DNA from: Enoplolaimus lenunculus
Lineage: Eukaryota
Length of the DNA stretch: 64,000 bases
NCBI GenBank assembly: GCA_030248215.1
Contig: JASANG010000443.1
Span: forward strand, 124,001-188,000
Direction: 5' to 3'
Part shown: piece after piece, positions 13,639 to 23,874 of the stretch
How the letters are laid out: each line of letters starts with the position of its first letter
Numbering within the stretch: the stretch's first letter is position 1
Notes under the pieces: model-generated
Told to the model about the DNA's origin: nothing
Databases searched by the model: none
What the model saw: only the letters and a program-made list of their open reading frames with translations
Made by a program: the position numbers and the translations under genes

Positions 13639-13836
13639 GGCCCATGCAAAGATCAGGAGCGGAACGTTTTTCTGTGGGATTAGAAAAGTGTAAGCTTTCA
13701 GATTTAGACTAATTTTTTTGCTTGGCTTAGGCATAGGCTTAGACTTAGGCTTAGGCTTAGGAATATGCTCATTCCTACGCTTAGGCTTAGGACTATTCTT
13801 ATTATACTATTCCGCCCGCGTTCTTTTACATTGGCC
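13639..13836. mobile_element. GGCC-ended MITE with internal TTAGGC repeats (Merlin-like), type copy; roughly 35 full or partial copies in window
   Basis: TIR GGCC(A/C)ATGTAAAGA(A/T)CAGG..CGGAAC. Perfect 8-bp TSD AACAAGTC on both sides. Confidence 0.85.
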
Positions 13837-14060
13837 AACAAGTCTAAAGTAAATTGTTGTTGCAAATTTTCTTAGGTTTAAACTTAGGCTTATAGCAAGT
13901 TTAGGCTTTAGGGCTTATACTACTGTTACGGCCCTATTCTATACACTGGCGAAACCAACACAAATTCTGAAAATGTTTGAAACTTAGCCCTCCTGGCTAC
14001 AGTCTTGGTTCACAACCCAATCTGAAATGTACTGCCACTGCGAAACATGAAATTTCTAAC

Positions 14061-14190
14061 CTTGAACTTTGTTCATTTGAGCCTCAGCGTTGGACAACGT
14101 TTGTTTGAGCAGACGTATTTCCATATTGACTCCAAACGTATCGATCACTTTTTCTGGAGTCGGACAAACCAGTTTCGTTGTTGGCGTTTT
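14061..14190 (-). CDS. Uncharacterised coiled-coil protein, exon 6
   Basis: TTGCAG acceptor, GTTAG donor, 130 nt. Translates KTPTTKLVCPTPEKVIDTFGVNMEIRLLKQTLSNAEAQMNKVQ. Phase 1 fits the last exon. Confidence 0.8.
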
Positions 14191-14449
14191 CTGCAATAAA
14201 AACAAACTTTTTGTAATAATTTCGCTAAATGCTGTACGATCTTGACGCTCAAGCGCGAGAATGCTCCCACGTCTTGTGGTGATTTAGTACTATGTATACG
14301 TGTTGCAATTGTTAAACACTGTGCGATATATATTGTTTAACGTATATCCCATAGTCAACTATATGGGAGAAGGGGTTCAATTTTCTATTTTAAGAGCCAA
14401 TAGCGCAGTTGTTTTTCGGCGCCTGTCGCCTTCAATAACTGAAAACTCA

Positions 14450-14522
14450 AGCAGTGTAGCTCAGTGGTTAACGTATTGGACTACTAACCGTTTGCTAGCG
14501 GGTTCGACTCCTCTGAATTACA
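14450..14522 (+). pseudogene. Degenerate tRNA-like / SINE-head sequence in an intron
   Basis: A box TAGCTCAGTGG and B box GGTTCGACTCC at tRNA spacing. Acceptor stem is not intact. Confidence 0.45.
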
Positions 14523-15465
14523 CCGGTGCTGGATCCATGCCGGCATTTTAAAATATAGAATAATTTTTTCAAATGTTGAAAAAACAAAAACGGAATGAAT
14601 CTTTTGTGGCCCTAATCATTTGCTGGTGTCCGTTTTTTATTCTGGGTACTACTCATTACGCGTTTTTTTTGCTTCACTAATATTAACCCTTTCAATCATA
14701 GAGTATACTATGAGCTACTAAATACAAATATACGAACAATACAGACAATGAGAGCAGTGTTTAAAAATTCCAACATATGCGCTGTGCAAAATCTACACAA
14801 GACGTTAAAGCCACCTCGTGCTCGAGGGGCAGGCAGTCTCCTATAGCTCAGTGGTCATCGTAAACGCCTTCCACCCGTGAGACTGGGGATCGAATGTTAC
14901 CTTGAAAATACATCTCATATGAAAATAGAAAATATTCATGTTTGAATGAGTAAATGGAAAATTCTCAGTTAGTATCTTTAAATACGTTTCGGATCTCCTT
15001 CTGATTTTGTTTTCTATTAAAACTTTGTAAAGCACACTGTAAATTCCAGTGAGCTGATTAATCAACCAGGGAGCCAATTTAGTTATTTCTGAGTTAACAA
15101 CAGTAGGTATCAACCCACTCTGAGCTGATTTAATTCCGAATGAGTTGATAACTTAACTCAGAACGAGTTCAGCCAATTTGAAAATTCCGAGTTCTGAAAG
15201 ACCCAATTCAAAGCTCAAATGTCTGAGTGGATTCAACTCATTCTGAGTTAAAATCAACTCACCGAAAATTACAGTGCAAATAACTGAACTGGACATTAAT
15301 TGACGGTGGATCAGATTAAGACATTGCATAATAATAGCATTTTGATACGCAAACAATTCGGTGTAGAGTTGCTCGCAGCTTACAAAAAAGCGTTTTGAAA
15401 GATGCTGGTTGCAACTCGAAAAGCGTTCGTTGAAATAGCGTTTGATTTTTGACACGATTTCTTAC

Positions 15466-15630
15466 CTGATTATATGGTTTTCTGTCTTTGTTATTCGGAA
15501 GAGATTGTGTTGATAGCAATTGAGTTTGATTTTGTTCACGATCCGGTTCAGTGTGTCGGTTTGTGTTGAATTTTTCCGTTAATGCAGCAATACTTATAGA
15601 TGCATCCGCATCGCTTGGTGGATGCGTTAT
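15466..15630 (-). CDS. Uncharacterised coiled-coil protein, exon 5
   Basis: TTTCAG acceptor, GTAAG donor, 165 nt. Translates ITHPPSDADAS...KDRKPYNQ, within ORF 15316..15651. Confidence 0.8.
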
Positions 15631-17122
15631 CTGAAATATAGCAAACCGCACTGTAAATCGTAATGAGCTGATTAATCAACTCAGATACCGATTTTAGTAC
15701 ACTGCAAGGAATGGTGAGTCAAATTGAGTCTGTCCGAAATAGGCTCTATGGGACTACACAATCTGAGTCAAATTCGGCTCCACCAGAGTCAAACGTGCGA
15801 CGCAGTGAGTCAAATTTGACTCTGGCGGAGTCGAATTTGACTCAGTTTGTGTAGTCCCATACAGCCTATTTCAAAGAGAGTTGATTTGACTCACAATTGT
15901 TTGCAATGTAACAGCAAGCATTAACTCACTCTGGGTTGGCTTGATTCTTAATCTGAGTTGAGTTAAGTGATCTGATGAATTAAGTCCGAATGAGTTGAAT
16001 TAGCTTTGATATCTGAGTTCTGAAAGTCCTAATTCGGGCTCGGCTACTGAGTAAATTAAACTCATTTTGAGTTAAAATCAACTAACTGGAATTTACAGGG
16101 TGTGGTATAAGACACAGATTTACCGTCCCGTATAATTGCAGGACAGACCAAAAATACTTTTAACGAACATTATCGGAAACCGTTAATTTTAACTCACTTT
16201 GAATTGATTTAGATCCGGGCGAATTGTTTAACTCAGACTGAGTTAAATGAACTCAAATTTCTGAGCTTTGAAAAACATAACTTCTGAATTAGGTCTATTA
16301 GAGCTCAGAAATTTAAATTGATTTAACACTAATCAACTCAGTAATATTCTGTTATTAACTAGAAATTCACCGAAAATAACTAAATCTCTCAGATTTCATT
16401 AATCAACTCATCGGAATATACAGTGTAACTAGTAACATTACTGTTAAAATTCAACAACTGGTTCTAAATATGTAGAAATTGAAGAAAAAATATACCATTT
16501 ACTGTTCCAGAACCCTAAGCCTAATATTAAAATATAGTATATATAAAGCTTAAGTTTACTTTATTGCTGTGCCGCAGAAATACGTTTTACCCCTTATCTT
16601 TACAATGGCCAAAATTTATAAAAACGTATTTATACACACTGTAAATTTCAGGGAATTGATTTTAACTCAGAATGAGTTCAATCAGTCAGTCTGACTTAGG
16701 ACTATCTGAACTCAGAGTTTTGAGTTGATTCAATGCGTTCAGAGTTAATTAATCAACTCATCCCGAGTCAATTCAACTCAGAGTGAGAATCTGAGTTAAT
16801 GTTTACTGATATTAATTCAGAAATAACCAACTCGCTAGCTGAATTGATTAATCAACTCATTGAAATTTACAGTGTAAATATTTACAAATTGAAGAAAACA
16901 TATACCATTTTTCGTTCCACAACCCTAAGCCTAATATTAAAAAATAGTATAAAGCTTAAGCTTACTCTATTGCAGTCCCGCAGATATACGTTTTACCCGT
17001 TATCTTTACATATGCCAAAGTTTATAAAAAGGTATTGTTTGACAGCTCAACCAATGTTTCGAGAACTCATTACTGTAGCGTTGACATTATTACGTAAATG
17101 ACTGATATTACGACTGACTCAC

Positions 17123-17209
17123 TGTCGATGGACTCCGACAAATCTGTTGGTCTTTAACATATTCGAGTTCCAAGCGAAGTTCCGTATTCTGTTTTTCTAA
17201 GCGAACAAT
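17123..17209 (-). CDS. Uncharacterised coiled-coil protein, exon 4
   Basis: TTTTCAG acceptor, GTGAGT donor, 87 nt. IVRLEKQNTELRLELEYVKDQQICRSPST continues the heptad pattern from exon 3. Confidence 0.8.
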
Positions 17210-17267
17210 CTGAAAAATATACTCTGTATTTTCCATAAATATCGTATCTATCGTTTCAGTATATTAA

Positions 17268-17530
17268 CCCTTTCTCACATGAATATTTTCTATTTCCCCT
17301 GAGACTTACTTTTATGCTAGGATTCGAACTCCAGTGACTGGAGTGGGAGGCGAATACCATCACCACTCAGCTATAGGAGCTTGACGCTCGAGCCCGAGGG
17401 GGCTCTCACGTCTTGTGGTGATTTAGTACAATGTATACGTGTTGCAATTGTTAAACACGGTGCGATATACATTATTTAACGTATATACACTGCGCTTAGT
17501 TGCCTATAGGCAACTCAATGTGAGAAGGGG
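17268..17530. mobile_element. piggyBac-like MITE (TTAA TSD) carrying a tRNA-like Pol III cassette, subfamily A
   Basis: TTAA-CCCTTTCTCACAT ... ATGTGAGAAGGGG-TTAA. Near-identical copy at 36956-37218. Confidence 0.85.
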
Positions 17531-18312
17531 TTAACCAAGAGTGCATGATACAAAAGTATGCAACTCTTGGGGTTCCGCATAGTGCAAAATGTACCACCGG
17601 GCGTTACGTTTTTGGCCAACCCTCTTATTTATAATGGGGTCGCTATCACATGCAATAACCCTAAATTAAACTATAAACGGAGCAATTTTTCATGCCGGAT
17701 ACATAGTGTCATGGTACGCACAGGTTTTAGCCCCTCTAAATAAAGGGGGTAGGCTAAAACGCAACACGTGCCGAGTACATTCTTGCCTAAATAAAATGTA
17801 GCAATTGCATACTCTTCGTGAAGGGGGCATTAAGCGCTTTTCACATGTGCAAGTTTTTGCTGCGAAAACTTGCGCACTTGCAAGTTTTATCCAAAATCCC
17901 GTTCGAAAAACTTGCAGTTGCAAATAATTCATTAAAAATTGTAGCTAGGAATTTAGTTCGCATATGTGAATAACCATGCAAGTTCAATGACTTTATTACA
18001 GCCGCTTTCTCATTGACTGTTGAAAAAATACAAGTTCTGCGTGCAATTTGCAGGTGCAGCTTCTCGCAGTAAAAACTTGCACGTGTGAATAGGGCTTTAT
18101 CCATTTTTAGGTTAACGAAGTTCAGTAACAAACAAACTGCAGGGGCAGCTAAAATCGCAAAATCTACAAGGAATAACACCAAAATTCTTGGTTGCGGGTA
18201 CAAAGTTAAAGGTGGAATCAAACATGCTGCCTACTCTTAGCAAGCTTAAGTTTAAAAAATTAATGAATAAATGTGAAATAAAATTTTGACTCAAAAATAA
18301 TATTTTTTTCAC

Positions 18313-18456
18313 TTGTTTTTCAAGAGTTTCTATTTTCTCATTTGATTGAGTCAACTCTGCGTCCACAGTCGCGTCGCCGGACACTCGTACGACTGAGCGG
18401 TAAACTGACAGTGTACTTCGATCACGATAGTGGACAGGCAACCAAAATGTGTGATC
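18313..18456 (-). CDS. Uncharacterised coiled-coil protein, exon 3
   Basis: TTTTAG acceptor, GTGAAA donor, 144 nt. Translates DHTFWLPVHYRDRST...AELTQSNEKIETLEKQ. Confidence 0.75.
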
Positions 18457-18643
18457 CTAAAATTTGATTGGATGTTTTAGCTCGTGGATTCAAGCCCTTC
18501 ACAGTAAAATGTGTGATCCTAAAACTTGATTGGATGTTTTAGCTCGTGGGTTCTAGCCCTTCAGAGTAATTGCAGTATAATTATTTTGAACTATTCTTTA
18601 CATTTAGCAAATTCGCATTAAATTTTACGCGACCTAACCTAAT

Positions 18644-19014
18644 CAGGGTTGCTACCGAAATTACTATTTATCGGAACCGGAACCGGAATTTGAAAAAAAT
18701 TACCGGAATCGGAAATTGCAAAATACATATCCTAGTTGGAGATAGGTGTTCACTTTATCTGTTGTATTTTAGATTTTCATAATCCACTGAAGCGCAATCT
18801 ACCTTCGATGGTTTATTTTCGGCAACTCTCAAGGTTTATATACTATACGAATGACATTTATTTAATTTTTATTGTCATTTTTTAGTAAAATATTTCAATT
18901 TTCACTAACCAAAATTTAATACCGGATTATTTAATTCCGGTAAAAATTTACCGCAACCGGAGCCGGAACGTCAAAAAATGCCGAAAGAGGTAGTGCAATT
19001 CCGGTCGCACCCTG
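18644..19014. mobile_element. CAGGG...CCCTG element rich in ACCGGA subrepeats (hAT-like)
   Basis: Interior is similar to about 46067-46460. Related ACCGG-rich segments at 12526-12893, 100-171 and 59865-60220. Confidence 0.6.
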
Positions 19015-19410
19015 AGTCTGAGCCTTTCCAACGTAAGTGTTTTCCCTTATCTGTAGTTTTAATTTCAAGGCAGAATTCGAACCCTGGACTGTCGGATGGC
19101 AAATGTTTACTATGACCACTCGGTTGCAAGGGTTTGACGTTCGGGTTCGGGCTGAGCTGCCGGTTTGCACCCGTTTGCTGTGACCAGCAGGCTACAGGGG
19201 ATTGACAGTCGAGCTCTAGCTTGCTCAGCAGTTTCGAGATCCTCAAAACTCTTCGCTCAGGAAACTTGGAAACCTCAATTAAGAGTTTCACCAGAACTCT
19301 ATTGCTGAACTTTTGACCAAGGTTTCTGCGTCATAATGTATTGCGTGCGTCGGATTAATCATTGTTTACCGCGACACCCATCATGCATCTGATGACCAAG
19401 TACGGTCTTA

Positions 19411-19761
19411 GGGTTGCGCTATACTGCGCGCCGTCGGACGCCGCTGTCCGCCGCCGGACGCCGCCTGACGCCGCTGTACGCCGCCGGACGCCGCCTGACG
19501 CCGCTGTCCGCCGCCGGACGCCGCCTGACGCCGCTGTACGCCGCCGGACACGTGTTCGCGGCACGGCAAAAATTTTGCCGCACGCCGCCGCGTGCCGCCT
19601 ACCGACGCCTGTAAAACTATTTAATAAAAATTACCGCACGCCACGCGCCGGTGTGCGGCATCGTGTGGCGGCGAGCGACGGCGATCGGCGGCGAGCGGCG
19701 GCGATCGGCGGCAATCGGCGGCGATCGGCGGCGTTCGGCTTAGTAAAGTATAGCGCAACCC
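19411..19761. mobile_element. GC-rich PIF/Harbinger-like MITE (GGGTTGCGCTATA TIR, TTA TSD) with internal 30-bp tandem repeats
   Basis: TTA-GGGTTGCGCTATAC ... GTATAGCGCAACCC-TTA. Relatives at 5610-6190, 20765-21055 and about 4410-4620. Confidence 0.8.
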
Positions 19762-19849
19762 TTATTCTGCACTTGATAACATTGCGTGGGCTTTAATCTG
19801 CATTTGAAACTACTGCAGTATTAGTTGATTTGTGCTTGTACGATGTACT

Positions 19850-20039
19850 GGCCCATATTACTTTAAGGGGCGTCCAGGTTTCTGGTTGATCCATAAAAGA
19901 GTAGGTTTAGATTCTAGATTACATTTTTTATTAGGCTTTAGGCTTAGGCTAAGGAACACATTTTTGCAACACTTAGGTTTACGCTTAGACTTAGGAATAC
20001 GCTTAATCTACTATTACACCGCTTAATGTAACATTGGCC
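19850..20039. mobile_element. GGCC-ended TTAGGC MITE, second subfamily (GGCC.ATGTTACTTTAAGGGG TIR)
   Basis: Flanks GATGTACT / GATGTGCT. Related copies near 30699, 31098, 37787, 38104 and 48505. Confidence 0.8.
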
Positions 20040-20239
20040 GATGTGCTAAGCAGCCTACAGCTTCAACCTTTGCGCGCATTAAATTCGACATTGTGAAGCA
20101 CATGCTTGTCTTGTAACATTTGGTCTGGACTGTGTATATTTAGTTTTCGCCAGGACTACTGGGATCGCATCAATACGGACGTGTGGACTCACAGTTGACT
20201 TGGCTCGTTTAAAACAACAAACGAATATTTAATACTCAC

Positions 20240-20303
20240 TCGAGCTTTGTTTGAAAAACTGTGCACTGACCCGTTTATGGTCTTTTTGATCTGGTAAGCA
20301 GCC
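20240..20303 (-). CDS. Uncharacterised coiled-coil protein, exon 2
   Basis: TTTCAG acceptor, GTGAGT donor, 64 nt. Translates AAYQIKKTINGSVHSFSNKAR. Confidence 0.7.
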
Positions 20304-21065
20304 CTGAAATAGCAGGTTTACGCTAGAGGAAATACGCGTCCAAATACAACCCGAATCTGTTGGTTCTACAAAACCAGAAATTTGGTTTGGGCACAACCCA
20401 AACCAAATAAAAATCGCGGCGTATGTAAACGATCATAGGCGAAACGTTTTTCTGCGTGTGATTATATTCTTTACGTTGAACTTTTAAACTTAGGTTTCGG
20501 CATAGGAATATGCTTATACTAACTACTCTTACGGTCTTAGTCTACACATTAGCCAAAATAGATAACTGACTTGATTTTTATACCACTTCGCACACATTTA
20601 TTGTTTTCTAATTGGTCAAAAGCCACAGCTTTTGGTTGATTTATTTCTGTGATTTATCTAATGCGAAGCAGTTGTAGTTCGTTTGTTTGAAAACCTATTA
20701 CTAACTGGCGATGCTGTACACATTTTAAAACACAATATCTATTTAATGAAGTGTGGTAGATTTAGGGTTGCGCTATAATTTGTTTTTGACGCGCAGCGCC
20801 GTCCGGTGCTGTGCGTCACCCTTACGGCACCGTCCGTCACCAGTACAACGCTGTGTCACCCCTATCGCACTGTCCGTCACCCGTACGGCGCCGTCCGTCA
20901 CCCTTACGGCACCGTCCGTCACCGGCGGTATCGTACGGTAAAAAAGTCACGTACGATTACGTATGGTGACGGACGGTGACGGACGGGTGACGGACAATGA
21001 CGGACAGCGCCGGACGGGAGACGGACGGCGCCGGACGTCCACAATAGCGCAACCGTTGGACTCAC

Positions 21066-21172
21066 CCATTTTTACGAAATGATGATGTCGATACCGGTCG
21101 GTCATATTTTGGGTCACATTGATCAATTTGAATGCGACGAACGGTATTTTTTCCCACAACCACGTTTCCCAT
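21066..21172 (-). CDS. Uncharacterised coiled-coil / Asn-rich protein, exon 1 (alternative in-frame ATG at 21178)
   Basis: MGNVVVGKNTVRRIQIDQCDPKYDRPVSTSSFRKNG followed by a GTGAGT donor. Phase 2 fits the next exon. Confidence 0.65.
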
Positions 21173-23330
21173 TAACATAAGGAATATTTAAACAGAACGA
21201 AATAGCGGCAGGCTTTGCAGTCTAATTACAATAATGTTCGTTGGGTGGAGGTACGAAATTTGAACCTTCCTAGGAATTTAACAAAAACTGGCCAATCCGG
21301 TAGATCTCGAAGAGCTGAGTTCAACGGTACCACTTTTATGGCTGCAAAAACGAACGGTTCAAACGTTATGGCCCTTGAAATTATAGTGCACACACGCAAA
21401 GATTGCACTGTAAATTCCATTGAGTTGATTTCAACTCAGACTGAATTGAATCACTCAGTCTGAGTTAGCACTATCAGAACTCATAATTCTGAGTTTGTAT
21501 AACTCATTCTGATTTATTTTATCAACATTCTCGGAATGAAATCAGCTCAGAGTGAGAATCAACTCAACCCAGAGTGAGTTAAAGTTTGCTGTTATTAATT
21601 CAGAAATAACTAAATTTCCGTCTGAGTTGATTAATGAAGTCATTGGAATTTACTGTGTGGCAGAGGAAGTATGTAAAGGTTAATTGTCTTCCGTACCCAG
21701 AGGCGGATGTCCGGCTCTACCCTGGTGTGACAGTAAAAGTACAAGAATGCTTTTAACCAACGATTTTTATGACAAGAGTATGCAACTAAATACATTCTTA
21801 CAGATTTATAATCGGATTACGTGTATTAAGTAAGTAAAATACTGTGGGGGAATTGCTTTGTGGACCAGGGAGCTGAGTGGTTCGATATTTAAGCCATTTA
21901 ATCGTAAGTAATTTTTTTACTTCTTCATCGCTCAGTCCCTGGCATAAAAGGACAAGTAAGTGCCAAAACCATTACTCTTCCGAGCAGCACCAAGGAGAGA
22001 TTTTCTAAAAATATCTGCACTGCCCTGTAAGTTCCAATGATTTGATTAATCAATTCAGCTGGCGAGCTGGTTATTTCAGAATTAATATCAGTAAACATTA
22101 ACTCACTCTGAGTTTAGTTGATTCTCACTCTGAGTTGAGGTGACTCTGGGTGAGTTGATTAATTAACTCAAAATAAATAGAATCAACTCAAAATTCTGAG
22201 TTCTGATAGTCCTAACTCTGACTGAGTGATTCAACTCATTCGGAGTCAAAATCAACCCAGTGAAATTTACAGTGTGTAAACGGCAGTAATTTGATTTTAA
22301 TTCACAATGACTTGAATTAACTCAGAAGTCCGAGCTCTGAATCAAGTCTTTCAGAACTCAGAATTCTGAATTGATTCAATCCAATCAGAATTAAGCAGTC
22401 ACCTAGCATGGAATTAACTAAGTCAGCTCAGAGTGAGTTAATATTTACTGTTATTAACTTATACAAATAACCAAAAATAACTAATTCAATCTCTGAGTTG
22501 ATTAATCAACTAATTGAAATTTACAGTGCGGATAAAAATTACTAAAAGTTTCGACACATCGATCCCCCCGCTTTTGTTGCGCCATTTCTGATGTTTTTGG
22601 TTCAGTTTGAAACCGTTACAACATGGTAATTTCATGATGGTAACCAGAATTTTATTCAAAACCCACCAAAATATTACTTTTTAAACCTAAAAATTCGTAA
22701 TAATAATTCACTATAATGCAGTACATTCACCTAACAATGAATATACGGTTTGGCGGCAGACCCTTTGTTCCTAGCGGAACGTCCGCGAATTAAAATTTAA
22801 CTAGTCAACGTGGTTGCACATTGTCAATTTCAGTGAGTTGATTTCAACTCAGAATGAGTTGAATCACTCAGTTTGAGTTTGGTCTATCAGAACTCAGAAT
22901 TTTGAGTTGATTCAATTCATTCTGAGTTAATTGATCAACTCACTCCGAGTCAATTCAACTCAGAATCAGAATCAACTCAACTCACAGTGAGTTAATGTTT
23001 TGCTGTTATTAACTCAGAAATAAACAACTCGCTTGCCGAATTGATTAATCAAATCATTGGAATTTACAGTGCGTATTTACAACCCAAGATACGTTTCTCC
23101 CAATAAATTTTGCTCCTGCCTGAAAACTGTGCAATGGTTTTCGTTACATTAATGCTGTTTATAAAATGTTTCAATTTACCACTTGCCACCGTTTTAGAAA
23201 TTCAATTTCCCTTTTCCCTTGTTTTCCAAAACAGTATTGGGAAAAAGGCGTCGCCATTTTCCACGTACTGTACGCAACTAAAAGTGGATGACGCATTAGC
23301 TACGCCTCAGCCGCGTGTTAAACTTGCTAT

Positions 23331-23874
23331 AAAGCCCTATTCACACATGCAAGTGATTGCTGCGAGAACTTGTAGCTGCAACTTGCACTTGCAAGTTTTG
23401 TCCAAAATTCCTTTCGGAAAACTTGCAGCTGCAAATGATTCATTAAAAATCATAGCAAGGAATTTAGTTCACATGTGCGCTGTAAATTACAATGAGTTGG
23501 TTACGCAAACGCAATTCAGCTTGCGAGTTGTTTATTTCTGAATTAATTAATAGTAGTAAACGTTAATTCACTCTGAGTTGAGTTGATTCTTATTCTGAAT
23601 TGAGTTGACTCAGGGTGTGTTGATTAATTAACTCAAAATGAATTGAATCAACTCAAAATTCTGAGTTCTCACAGTCCTAACTCAGACTGAGTGATTCAAT
23701 TCATTCTGAGTTAAAATCAACTCACTGAAGTTTACAGAGTGTGAATAACCATGCAAGTTTATTGAATTTAATATTGCAGCCGCTTTCTCGTCGGTTGATG
23801 AAAAAATGCAAGTTCTGCGTGCAATTTGCAGCGGCAACATTTCGCAGCAAAACTTCTACGTGTGAATAGGGTTT
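23331..23874. mobile_element. AAGCCCTATTCACAC MITE with a nested CACTGTAAA MITE
   Basis: TIR AGCCCTATTCACAC / GTGTGAATAGGG. Uninterrupted relatives at about 7588-7884 and 17836-18097. Confidence 0.75.

Noticed and set aside
19355..19796. Arg/Ala/Pro-rich ORFs
   Set aside because: They arise from 30-bp and 10-bp repeats of a Harbinger-like MITE.
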